Shown here one piece after another: positions 1 through 12,353 of a stretch of DNA of 64,000 bases. Numbering within the stretch: position 1 is the stretch's first letter; each line of letters begins with the position of its first letter. The stretch is from Nageia nagi (taxonomy: Eukaryota > Plantae > Pinophyta), in contig JBITNC010000002.1 of NCBI GenBank assembly GCA_050084985.1, positions 4,464,001-4,528,000 of the forward strand, written 5' to 3'. Under the pieces are notes generated by a model, which was not told the DNA's origin, searched no databases, and saw only the letters and a list, made by a program, of their open reading frames with translations. Both the position numbers and the translations under genes were made by a program.

Positions 1-590
1 AACTAAAATTCTTGAAAACCAACTTTTTAAATTATAACTCTTTTTAAGTGATCCTCAAAAAAGTTCTTCCACGTGAATGATGAAACTTGCCTCTGATCCT
101 TGAGTCTTTCACATGTTCCATTAAATGTGGAAACCAAACCATAGATGATGTTTACGTTCCCCGTTCTTGGAGGCAAGGAAGTTGCCCGCATTAATGGTAT
201 TGTGACCCAGCTTTCCAACGCTAGAACATGAAGGCATGCTTATAAATTCTGACAGCACTATTTGTTTCAACAAAAAAACAGTACCTTGTCCTTGTTCCAA
301 CAAACTGTCACGTATTTCACATTGTAGATTAATTGTATCACGATGCTTCCCATCCCCGTGATCTTCAATTAATGAAGCCTGTATTGTACACTTTAATATC
401 AATGTCCAAACTGACTCCAATTATAGAGGAGGACTTACACAACACTCATCCGAAGTTGATTTCCAACAACCACCAAGAAAGCTGTAATACCAACCTTTTT
501 GTTGGAGTATAAGGACCTGTTCCATCATTTTCTACTTCCAGCTATTGGATTTTGTCGTTGAAAGCTGTATCTCAACTACTAGAGATAAGG

Positions 591-1876
591 ATGGCCGTTG
601 GAAAAATCCCTGCCTTCATAGTACTAGTCTTCTGTGTTGTAACGGCCCACGTTAAAATGTCACTAGCAGTGGAATTTACTGTGGGAGACAAAGTTGGATG
701 GATTGTTGGGCCTGTTAACTATACTTCATGGGCAAACTCCAAGCGGTTCCATGTAGGGGACTCCTTAGGTATTGTACTTTGAGATCATATTAGCTTTATA
801 GGCTGTTTAGGCCAAAATGTTATTTAGGGCCCATTTGTACATTTCTTTCTATTGGAAAATATCTTCAAGGCTTGAGGATTTTGTTGTTAGGAGACTGTAT
901 ATTTGGTTAGCTGTAATAACGTTGATAGGTGAAGAATCATAAAGAATCATACTTGTTTAATAATGTTGATAGGTGAAGAATCATGCTTTTGTTTGCATGT
1001 TAGAAAAGGGATTTCTATGGTCACAATTAGGTTCTTCCATTTTCTAGTTTCAACTGATTTATGGCACATGTGATTTAACTGGTTTAATGATTCACACACC
1101 CATTGGTTCTTCAGGTGCATATGCCTACTAATATCATAAATGTCCAAATGAAAAGAAATGTGTTAAGATAATATGTCTTCTCTTCATCTACATAATTTAT
1201 AGTAGATCAATTTGCATGTGGATTGCTATGAATTCTGAGTGGGTTGTTGTGAAGCTCTGTGAGTTGATTTGAATCAAGAAGTTTGTTGAGAATATTGAAT
1301 TTGGAATTGATTTATATATTGATTTGAATTGATTGGTAGTGGTGTTTTTATTGTTGTGTTGTTTGGCAATTTTTTTGGTAGAAATATGAAAAGCAATTAC
1401 ACAATGTATGAAAGTAACAAGGCCAATTATGATACTAGCAGGATATATCATAGCTTGAATTGATAGTGGTGGTGTTCTTTTGTTTGGCAGTTTTTTCATA
1501 TAACAAGCAACTCCATAATGTTGTTGAGGTGACAAAGACCAACTATGATACCTGCACATCCACAGCACCGTTGGCCTCTTATACCGATGGCAACACCACA
1601 GTGGTTCTAAAAAAGGCTGGCACCCATTACTACATCTGTGGCTTTCCTGGCCATTGTGTGGCAGGGCAGAAAGTAGAGGTCACAACTTTGCCAACTTCAA
1701 GGCTTTCGCCTTCTCCATCTACTGCACCAAAATTTCCCAAAACAGTAACTTCTAAGGGCCCATCACTTTCTCCTATCAAAGGATTTCAAGCCACCATCTC
1801 CTCATCTGTCATCCATCATGATGTTTCTACAGCAACAACTTTTTTGGCTGCAATCTTGTCACTTCTAGTATTTTGA
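591..1876 (+). CDS. Phytocyanin (plastocyanin-like blue copper protein), stellacyanin/mavicyanin type, probably GPI-anchored; exons 591-768 and 1491-1876, 187 aa
   Basis: ATG at 591, signal-peptide-like N-terminus, then FTVGDKVGW..NYTSWANSKRFHVGDSL. A phase-1 GT(769)..AG(1490) intron joins this to VFSY..HNV...YYICGFPGHCVAGQKV, giving His/Cys/His ligands and an axial Gln. Ser/Pro/Thr-rich linker and hydrophobic C-terminal tail; TGA at 1874-1876. Confidence 0.95.
1310..1440 (+). pseudogene. Degenerate tandem copy of the phytocyanin intron end and exon-2 start, inside the intron
   Basis: tgtttggcaAtttttt...aagcaattacacaatgta.tgaaagtaacaaggccaattatgatac aligns with 1481-1551 (tgtttggcaGtttttt...aagcaactccataatgttgttgaggtgacaaagaccaactatgatac). 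The acceptor AG reads AA. Confidence 0.8.
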
Positions 1877-2062
1877 CATGGTTTATTTAAATGTACGAAA
1901 TGGTGGAGATTCAGTCCGAACCAATCTCAGCCATTCATGTATACGTCTTACTCTTTACCACATTGTTGTCTATCATATAAAGACACAAATAACTGTACAT
2001 GATACAGTTATCTTTTTTCAGAGAAACCAGTTCTCTACCCCTTTTTCCTTGTTTAATCTTAG

Positions 2063-2586
2063 CTCATAGAGAACCAGTGCAGTTTTATAATATAGATGAA
2101 GATCAGGATAAATACAAATTAAATATATGTTGGCCCATCTTAATGGAATGCTTACGTATCTTTTGATTTTGATGAGATTGGCAATTGGCATGTCGTTATC
2201 TTTTCCTTTCTTGTTTGTCCATATGACTTTCTTTCCAGATTGCTGCAGTCTACATTGTTGTGGGGTAGTTAAGCTTTCTATTACAGGGATAGATTGCTAC
2301 AGTCGGGCCTGCTATTTTCTGCACATTCATGTTGGCATGTGGCAATGGGATTGTGCATGTGACTCAGCTCAGGAGGAGAGTAATATCAGAGTATGCTTTT
2401 AGGGTGCAGTACTTTCAATTCATAACTAAATGCTATATCAACATTTATTTCTTTGTGGCCCAGTTGTAACGTGGTTGTCTTCATAGCTGGATTTCCGTGA
2501 AGCTGGCATTCTGTCCACTGCAGATAATATGTCTCAGAAAATTTGTTATACATTTCTTTGCAGGTGCTTGTGGTTACTTGAAGTGG
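2063..2586 (+). pseudogene. Orphan exon-like series of an unidentified gene (2063-2155, 2239-2390, 2564-2586)
   Basis: Canonical AG/GT borders with 83-nt and 173-nt introns. The spliced frame HREPVQFYNIDEDQDKYKLNICWPILMECL-HCCSLHC...ESNIR-VLVVT* is open here and in the duplicate at ~10570-11090. Family not recognised. Confidence 0.45.
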
Positions 2587-3001
2587 GTAATTCCTCTCAT
2601 TTTTTTATATAAATATATTTTTTTAAATCATTTTTGGAGGGAGTTAAGCTTTTGTAGATTGTTTAAGAAATATGATAGAAAGGATATCATAGTTAATAAG
2701 TAAATAAAAATCGAAGTATTTGTATTTGTGTATGTTAATATAAATTCAAATATTAGTTAATGTTAAATAAGTTGTATTATTTGAGATTGGATTTTTAAAC
2801 TTGTAGAATTGGTAATTAGAGGGTTGTTATATATTTGATATTGTGGGAGGTTTAAACTTCTTCCTTCTAGTTGAATGAATATGATTTCATATATTGTTGG
2901 TTGTTAATAGGTGCAAATTAAATGTAAAATAAGTTCCTTGACAGTTTAAGCTAAAAGAAATAATTGTTTTCACATTAAAAAATTCATTTTTGTTATGATT
3001 A

Positions 3002-3037
3002 AGATAGATAGATAGATAGATATATATAGAGAGAGAG
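3002..3037. repeat. Compound microsatellite (GATA)n(TA)n(GA)n
   Basis: agatagatagatagatagatatatatagagagagag. The equivalent site in the duplicate (~11500-11533) has (TA)n/(GT)n instead. Confidence 0.85.
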
Positions 3038-3784
3038 AATGCCATTTTATATATAATGAAAATAAGTTTGAAAATCATATAAATATATTAATGATATATA
3101 TTTATCTTTGATAAATTTTGATAGATTCTACAAAGCATTGAGTTTAAAAGATATCATTTATTCATTTAATGTTGCTTCATGAAATGAATATCAATTTTCT
3201 TCAATGGAAATCCTTATAGCATTTTTAAGAAAAGCTATAAGAATCATATTTCTTATAATTTTAGAATTTGAAGATAATAATACACTTGATTTTATTGATC
3301 CATTAAAATATTTCAAACATTATTAGTTATCATACTTGTTAGGATATATCAAAAACCTATTTAATCAAACATAACACTTCAATTAAACTATTTGATATGA
3401 GAATAACATTTTCTTATGTAAATGAAAAATCAATCTCATGTAAAAGAATGCCCATCATTATTATGCATTTTGAAAATATATTTTACTTAAAGGATAAAAT
3501 AAGAACCATAATTAAAATACAAGATAAGAATTAAAAATAGGGTGCAATTATTGAATTTATTTGAAATGGATTCTAGATTTGTAGATTGATAATTTTTTAT
3601 TCCAAAAGAGTATTTGTGTATAGACTTTTTATCACACATTTTTAAAAGATAATATTATAAAGATAAATTTTAATAAGTTAACATATATTATATAAAACTT
3701 ATTGTATTCCTACAATAAAAGTTATATATACATTAATTAAGAAAAGTAAAATAACAAATAATATTAATTTAGATTACTGAGATA

Positions 3785-3961
3785 GGCTTAAAGGCTTGAC
3801 ATAGTGATCAAAGCTATTCCCTAGGGAAGCCAAGGTCCATGTTTTGTAGAACTAGATGGATATGTCATCCCAACATCATTGACTACATTAAGATTTTACC
3901 CAATGCAAGTGGGGCTTATAAGGGGTTACCTACTTCCCTCAGTATAATAATAAAAATAAAA
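3785..3961 (+). mobile_element. Putative tRNA-derived SINE
   Basis: A-box-like tgacatagtga near the 5' end and an A-rich tail aataataaaaataaa. Flanking direct repeats tagattactgagata (3770-3784) and tagactactggagata (3962-3977). Confidence 0.65.
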
Positions 3962-4089
3962 TAGACTACTGGAGATAAAAATAAAATGTAAATTACAATA
4001 CTATATTTCACAATTCATAATTCTATCTACAAAATGAAAATGATAAAAAATTATTCCAATGCCAAATTAGAAATAAATAATTCTAATAT

Positions 4090-7000
4090 TATTAAGAACC
4101 CACAAGATCTGAAATGGGATTTAAGGAAAATAATTGAGAAATACGAGTAGCAACATATCTAAATGATGACAACAAAATGGCAATACAAATCAGAATAGTA
4201 GGAAGATCACAATAGAGAAACTTTACTAAAAGCAAAATGAATTGTGGGCTACTTCAAGGGGGCTACCTTCTTACAACCCAAAATAATATATATTTTCAAG
4301 ATAATGTCTATTCCCCTCCAACATATATTTATAGTTTTACCACCCTAACCCTAAGTGATCATTCAATACAAAATAGTGTTTCGCCTTACAAATCGTATTG
4401 ACCCCACCCTACAATTTAATATATGTCGATAATCTAATTAATTAACTAATATAATATAAGTAAATTCTGGTTCTTTTTATTTTGAGAGATATTTATAAGT
4501 ATGGTTGAAGCTACAGGAAAATCATGTATTCTTCTTGGAATTCCCTCTCGATCTATTATTAATCAACTTATTATTTCATGCAGTGTTGAACCACTTGTAT
4601 ATTCTCCCAAAGGATGCAAACTCTTCAAATATTTTGGAAGAGGCCAATTTTGTATGTCTTCAATATTTAGGGGATCCACCTTGATATCCTCTTCAGAAAT
4701 AATATGCTTGGGATACTCAAGCTCCTTACATCCAAAGGAACATTTGGAACGTTTGATATATAATTGGTGATCTTAAGAGGATTTTCAAGGTATGGTCTAA
4801 CTGGGACACGTGATCTAGCTCCCAAGTATTATTGTAGATCAAAATATCATCAAAGAAAAATAAAATAAATTTTCAAAGGTAAGGGTGAAATATCTAGTTC
4901 ATCAGACTCTAGAAGGTGGAAGGATCATTAGTAAGACCAAATGACATTACTAAACATGAATAGTGGGCTTCATATGTCCAAAAGGTATTTTTGGAATATC
5001 TTCTTCATGGAGCCTTATCTGATGGTACCTAGATCGAAGATCCAATTTTGATAAATATATAGCACCATGTAATTTATCCAACAATTCATCAATGATAGAA
5101 ATGGGAAACTTATCCTTTATTATGATTTTGTTCAAGACCAGAAATATGATGCACATGCACCATGACCCATCTTTCTTGTTAAGCAATAATACAAAAAAAG
5201 AGTAAGGACTTACACTAGGGAAATTATACCAGATTGTAACATATCTTGGACTAGTTTCTCAATTTCATCCTTTTGCAAACATAGGTAGAGGTAACATTGA
5301 ATGTTGGGTAGTTAACTCCCTGGAATCAGTTGGAAAGCATGACCATGGGGATGATGCAAGGGTAACCCATGCAATTTCTCAAAAATACCTATATGATGTA
5401 CCAATAATTTTTGTAGTTCTTGTAATTCTACAAGTCCTTTTCCTATCAGCTGAATGGAGAATTATTCCCTTGCCTCCTTTCTTAAGTAGTTTCTCTAAGC
5501 CAAGTGAACTAATAATTTTTGATGGCTTTAATCTTGTTCCCTTAAGAGTATATTTGTATCCCTTAACTGTAAATTACATTGAAAGCTCATAAAAATACTA
5601 GAGGATGGATCCTAATGTCATCAGCCACTACACACTGAGGACCAAATCATAGCCCCCTAATGGTAAGACATACATATCACTTTACATTTGGTAGTCACCT
5701 ATATTAAGCTTAAGATTATGACATTGTCCCTTGTAAGAAATTTTCCTCCATTCCCAATCATCATTTCATAATTGCTTTATGGGTGTATATAATAGTTTAT
5801 ATTTTTTTCCACTCCAAGATCAATAAAATTATGTGTACTCCTTAAATCAATCAAAACTATCAATGTTTTTCCCTTAAATTTTCCATGATATTTCATAGTT
5901 TGTGGTGATAAAAAACCTTATAGGGTATTGCAAGAAATTTAAGAATAACCTCAACAATTTACTCTGATTCCTCCACTATGTCTTCCATTATATCTTTAAA
6001 TATGTGCTTTGTTAGTTTGATGAGGGCATTAGCATCCAAGACATATAATTTTTTAGCAATGTATCAATGGCCTGACCTAAATTTCTCATCACAATTATAA
6101 CAAAGGTTCTTTTTCTTATGCTCCTCTATCTCTGCCAGAGTAAATCACTTGATTGGCAAGGAAGGATTTGGTTTTGGTCCACCTTGAGAATTATGTAATT
6201 TTCAAAATAGTTGCTTGGATTGTTTGCATTGGGCATTGAACTTATACTCCACTAATTTGGTGAGCATGATAGCTATTTTGATATTACCAAGATTGAACAT
6301 TTTGACTTCCACTTGAATTTCTTTCTTCATCCCACTAATGAAACAACGATGGAATAATTCTTCATCTAGTCCTTCAGTATGATTTGCAAGATTTTCAATT
6401 TGAGTTTGATATCCTCTTACTATGGTTATTTGGTGAAGTTTAGTGAGGACCCCTATAAAGTATTTAAAATCACTTGGGCCAAATCAAACAAGGAGGTTCT
6501 TTATGAAATCCCCCTAAGAAAGAAGGAATGCCATTTACCTTTTCAAATCACTGGTACCATTAGATAACTTCATGCACCAAATGAAATGAGGTGAGGTTGA
6601 CCTTTTTTACCTTAAGAATCTGATTCAAAGAGAAATATTATTCTACCTGATATATTTAGCTAATGGGTTCATCTCCATCAAATCATGGAAAATCCAGCTT
6701 GGTCATTTATGGAAGGAAAAAGGCTTGTTGTGGTCCTTGAGGTATGTTAAAGGCTTTCCTGATATATGTTTGAGATCCACTCAACCCACTTGAACCTGAT
6801 GATGTGTTTGCAGTTGATGGTTGTTAAAGAAGTTGCATGAGGTTTTTATTAAAGGAATTATAACTAGAAGTTATAGCTTCCATTGAATTTTTGAGTTCAT
6901 AAAGGGTAATTGGGAGGTGAATATCACCAATCAGTTTTTTCATCCAATCCATTCTCTTAGATAATTTGTCTAGATCCAAGAATCTTTTCCTGTAAGCCAT

Positions 7001-7876
7001 ATTACTATTTATGGAAAAACTATTTTCATGCAATCCATTCTCTTAGATAATTTGTCTCATAATTTGTTTTACTCATTTTGGTAGTTACTAGTTGTGGTAT
7101 GAAAATCTAGGGTTCCAAAGGGGAAAAAATGTGTTTTTTAGAAATGAAAATTGGGTGCACTTTGAACGTTGATAACAATGAAAGAATGAATGACTAAATT
7201 GGATCGATAGAGAAATTTTATGATTCAAAAAATGATTGCGAGCTATGGTTGCGAAAAAAATACAAATTTTAGGGAAATTTTAGCATATATTTTGCTATAA
7301 ATGGGTGATTTCTAGGTTTCTAACTCGATATAAACTCAGAGTTCTAAAAAATGTTTATAGAGTTTTGACTAGAAATGGAAAATTTCAAAGTCTTCAACTT
7401 GATTTGATCTCAATATTTGAGAATATTTTGACAACATTTTGATTAGGACTAGATAAATCTAATTCTTCATCCTACCCATAAGTGTTAAAATCATAGCTTT
7501 GATACCGGATGTTAGGAACTCATAAGATTTAAATGGGATTTGAGGTAAATAATAGAGAAATAGGACTATTAATAGATGTAAATGATAACATAATGACAAT
7601 AGGAATCAAAATAGTAGCAAGATCACAATAGAGAAACTTTACTGAAAGCTAAACGAATCACAAGATGCTTTGAAGGGGACACCTCCTTACAAATCAAAAT
7701 AATTTATTTTTCAAGATAATGTCTACTCCTCTCTTACATTTATTTATAGTCTTATTACCCTAATGGTAATTCGCCTTACAAACCATGTGGGTCTACCTTA
7801 CAATTTAATATATATCGATAATATAATTAATTAACTAAAATAATATAAGTAAATTTTAAGATATGGGATCTTAAAA
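4090..7876 (-). mobile_element. Ty3/Gypsy (chromovirus-type) LTR retrotransposon, internally deleted: keeps gag, protease and RT, lacks RNase H and most of the integrase
   Basis: LTRs at 4090-~4467 and 7510-7876, with a 5-bp TSD AATAT (4085-4089 / 7877-7881). tRNA-Met PBS remnant gctttgatacc at ~7496-7506. RT motifs KKDGSWCMC, KDKFPISIIDELLDKLHGA..LDLRSRYHQIR (4950-5186) and FFDDIL. Confidence 0.9.
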
Positions 7877-7899
7877 AATATAATCCTAACTAGATTTAT

Positions 7900-9620
7900 A
7901 GTATATTCACAAAGGATATGTTTTAACAACAAAGTATTGGTTGGTGAATGTTCTTTATGCAAGATTATAGAAAAATTTGCAAAACTAACATAATCTTAAA
8001 AAATATTAGTTATCAAGTTTTTTGTGATCTAGTTGACAAGATTATATATTGCCTTATAAAGGTTGAATTTAGGGCCTCTATAAGTTCCATGAAGATTATT
8101 GTAGTGTTGGGATAAAAATCCATTAATAGAAAGCCATATCCATTGTTTAATTAGTTGTGAATGAGTGCAAAGAGTATTTCACCTTACTTGAATATTTAGT
8201 AATGATAGCCTTGAGGTTATTTTATCTTATGTAGGGTAGAAGAGTTTTAAATCATCATGGTTATTTTATCAATAAATAAGATGAAAATTACCTTTTATAA
8301 GAAATGATTTGAAATCATCTTAGTTTATATGACATAATGAAATATCATAAAATTTGAACTTAAAATTTTATTATATTCCATTTAAATAAATGTATTTTAA
8401 ATATCTAATTAATGTATTAATTAAATATGAAAATCAACTTTAGATATCTATATATTTTTCCCCTTTAGAGATGTAATGGAGAGACATGGGATCATATTCC
8501 CAAATTGCTAAGAAAAAAAGGATATGATAATTGTTGTTGAATTTCTTTAAATATGATGAATGTATTATCTTTACCTCTTAATAAGATGAGGGATAAATGT
8601 GAGCTTAATGTTTTTGTTTTCTTCATTTTCTTACCTTTTCTTCTTGGGATCACTTATAAGAACAAGGGTTTCAAGGAAAATAATACCTATTATAAACAAG
8701 GATATTGTAAAGGGAAAAATGTTTGAGAGGGTTTAGGTTTACATCCTAGAAGATATGGGGATCAATAACAATCCTTTATAAGGATTAAGCAACCCCTTTT
8801 GTTAGTATATAGTTGAAAAGGTAATATCAACATAAATATGAGTAATAATAATGTGACCATTATGAGAAATTAAGAACCTTTAAGATTTTTCAAATTTAAA
8901 ATAAATAAATTATGTGGATCATCATGTCAAGGTCATAAAGGGTCTTTCATTGCCCCAAAGACCAAAAGAGAATGTACCCTCATAGTATAAGATCATGAAT
9001 GATATTCTTAACCCAAGATCAAAAGGGAACATTAACACATCATCATGGTAATAACATAAAAGGATTTTCCTTTCCTTAAAGACCATAAAGGAATGCATCA
9101 AACACATGTCATAATGGCTAGCTTATGAAGGATCTTCTAGTTATCCAAAGATTAAAAAAGGAAATATGATTGTAATCATAAGTATATATGATATCCTAGT
9201 GGAAGTTTAATTTTAATGGCACATGATCTAAAGGGAACCCATGCATCTCAAGAGTAGGAGGCATAATTAGAAATGAGGTAGAAGTGATTCTTACTCTTAT
9301 GGAACCTGTGGTTATCCAAACAAGTCATTATGTTGAAACCAAATCTCTTTTCAAGGGTCTATCTATTTTAGAAGAACTAAATATTGATAAAATTATAATT
9401 GAAGGGGGATATTTGAATTTGATAAATATTTTGAAGGGTTCTCCTTAATAGAGATGGAATATACAGGATATGATAGAAGTGGCTCAACCTATATTGATGA
9501 TATGGATATTAGTTAAATTCATTATGTTTTCAGAGGAGGTAATAAAGTAGTGGATCTTCTAGCTATTAAAGCTATAACATTGACTTAAATGAATCTATGG
9601 AGGAAAATACTTATGTAGGA
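7900..9620 (+). mobile_element. Highly decayed L1-type LINE ORF2 including the C-terminal RNase H
   Basis: At ~9200-9570 the reading WKFNFNG..SKGNP..VGGIIRN...IIIEG...HYVFRGGNKVVDLLA matches the plant L1 RNase H (RVT_3) pattern. Upstream RT remnants are weak. Confidence 0.65.
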
Positions 9621-10267
9621 TTGGATGGGGGTGGTGATGGGTGAATCAATCATCATGACACATGGACTATAGGTGGTGGAAACTAGGCAAGAGTGGGATC
9701 CTCTTGATGATATGAAGGCAATACATGATACTTTCCTTAGGGGAGAGGGATGAGCCACAAGGGAGCATTGAGATGATATAGATACTCACATATGAGTCAC
9801 ATGATCTAAATAACATGGGCAGTCCAACTTTATTTTTAGAAGTGGAGTATCTACTTCATGGCATACTTTCTTTTATTATAATGAGTGGAAAGGATTATTA
9901 TGCATGTAGTTTGAGACATTAGATGGAGATCCCATATTGGATGGATTCGACTAATGTGATGTAAAAAGACATACATGCTAGTTAATAAATTTATATATGA
10001 GGGGTGGCATCTACTTTATGCAAATTCACCTATGTTATTGAGCTTGTCGAATCTACTAGAAAAAATGATTAATGTATCCTACTATATTAAACCTACAACT
10101 CTTGAGGTCAATGAAAAGACGAGAAAATTCTAATAAAGGTAGATTGGATGCACTTCGTAAAGTAATTTCAAAAGATGGATGAAAACCTTTCTTTGCATTT
10201 GGCTTGATCATAGAAGGAGCGTAAAGTAGAAGTTGATATTCTTTCTTTCATAATTGATCTAGAGATC

Positions 10268-10361
10268 ATTTCAAGCCACCATCTCCTCATCTGTCATCCA
10301 TCATGATGTTTCTACAGCAACAACCTTTTTGGCTGCAATCTTGTCACTTCTAGTATTTTGA
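10268..10361 (+). pseudogene. Duplicated 3' end of the phytocyanin CDS (GPI-tail region only)
   Basis: Near-identical to 1783-1876 (FQATISSSVIHHDVSTATTFLAAILSLLVF*). No upstream exon or copper-binding domain is present. Confidence 0.9.
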
Positions 10362-12195
10362 CATGATTGGTTTAAATGTACGAAGAAATAGTGGAGATTC
10401 AATCCAAACCAATCTCAGCCATTCATGTAATCTCAGCCATTCATGTATACGTCTTACTCTTTACCACATTATTGTCTTATCATATAAAGACACACATAAC
10501 TACACATGATACAGTATCTTTTTTCAGAGAAACCAGTTCTCTATCCCTTTTTCTCTTGTTTAATCTTAGCACATAGAGAACCAGTGCAGTTTCCCAATAT
10601 TGCTGAAGATCAGGATAAATACAAATTGAAGATATGTTGGCCCATCTTAATGGAATGCTTACGTATCTTTTGATTTTGATGAGATTGACAAATTGGCATG
10701 TCGTTATCTTTTCTTTTCGTGTTTGTCCATATGACTTTCTTTCTAGATTGCTGCAGTCTACATTGTTGTGGGGTAGCTAAGCTTTCTATTACAGGGATAG
10801 ATTGCTACAGTCGGGCCTGCTATTTGCTGCACATTCATGTTGGCATGTGGCAATGGGATTGTGCATGTGACTCAGCTCACCAGGAGAGTAATATCAGAGT
10901 ATGCTTTTAGGGTGCAGTACTTTCAATTCATAACTAAATGCTATATCAACATTTATTTCTTTGTGGCCCAGTTGTAACGTGGTTGTCTTCATAGCTGGAT
11001 TTCCGTGAAGCTGGCATTCTGTCCACTGCAGATAATATGTCTCAGAAAATTTGTTATACATTGCAGGTGCTTGTGGTTACTTGAAATGGGTAATTTTCTT
11101 TCATTTTTTTTTCTTAAACCATCTCCTAAGGGAGTTAAGCTTTTCTAGATTGTTTTAGAAATATGATAGAAAGGATATCACATGTATTCATAAGTAAATA
11201 AAAATCGAAGTATTTGTATTTGTGTATGTTAATATAAATTCAAGCATTAGTTTATGTTAAATAAGTTACATTATTTTAGATTGAATTTCTAAAATTTGTA
11301 GAGTTGGTAATTAGAGGGTTGCTATATATTTGATGTTGTGGGAGGTTTAAACTTCCTTCTTTTAGTAGAATGAACATGATTTCATATCTTATTGATTGTT
11401 AATAGGTACAAATCAAATGTAAAATAAGTTCTTTGATAGATTAAACTAAAGAAATCATTGATTTCACATTAAAAAAAATTAATTTTTGTCATGATTAAGA
11501 TTTAATAAGTATATATATAAAGAGTGTGTGTGTCATTTTATATATAATAAAAATAAGTTTGACAATTTTATTTTGAATTTTGTTAAAAATAATCATTAAA
11601 ATATATAAATAATATATATTTATCTTTGGATAAATTTTGATAGGTCCTACAAAGTATTGAGTTTAAAAGATGTTAAAAGATATCATTTGTTCATTTAATG
11701 TTGCTACATGAAATGAATATCAATTTTCCTCAATGGAAATTCTCATAGTATTCTAAGGAAAAGCTATAATAATCATATTTCTTATAATTTTAGAATTTGA
11801 AGATAATAATACACTTGATGTTATTGAGCCATTAAAATATTTCAAACATTATTAGTTATCATACATTTTAAGATATATCAAAAACCTATTTAACCAAACA
11901 TAACACTCCAATTAAACTATTTAATATGAGAATAACATTTTCTTATGTGCATGAAAATTCGATCTCATGTAAAAGAATACACATCTTTATTATGCATTTT
12001 AAAAACATAATTTATTAAAGGATAAAATAAGAACCATAATTAAAATACAAGATAACAATTAAAAAATACGATGCAATTATTGACTTTATTTGAAATGGAT
12101 ATAAAACTTATATTGTATTCATACAATAAAATTTAAATATACATTAATTAAGAAAAGTAAAATAATAAATAATATTCATTTAGATTATTGAGATA

Positions 12196-12353
12196 GGCTT
12201 AAAGGCTTGACATAGTGATCAAAGCTATTCTCTAGGGGAGGCAAGGTCCATGTTTTGTAGAACAAGATAGATATGTCATATCAAAATCATTGCCTATATT
12301 AAAAATTTATCAATGGGTTACCTAATTCCATCAGTATAATAATAAAAATAAAA
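12196..12353 (+). mobile_element. Second copy of the putative SINE, carried by the segmental duplication
   Basis: Same sequence and flank as 3785-3961, with an internal deletion. Confidence 0.6.

Larger units (their letters stand above)
1783..4616 (+). repeat. Segmental duplication, copy 1 (phytocyanin 3' end, orphan exons, SINE, Gypsy LTR and integrase piece)
   Basis: Colinear with 10268-13406, starting at atttcaagccaccatctcc. Both copies share the SINE and the LTR insertion site. Confidence 0.95.

Noticed and set aside
27-420. Minus-strand ORFs (63 and 99 aa) upstream of the phytocyanin
   Set aside because: No recognisable domain. INAGNF and FTWKN only faintly recall a LINE endonuclease, which is too weak to call.
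917-985. 26-bp direct repeat in the phytocyanin intron; similar short repeats at ~6944/7033 and ~39501/39538
   Set aside because: Ordinary short slippage or repair duplications with no sign of function.
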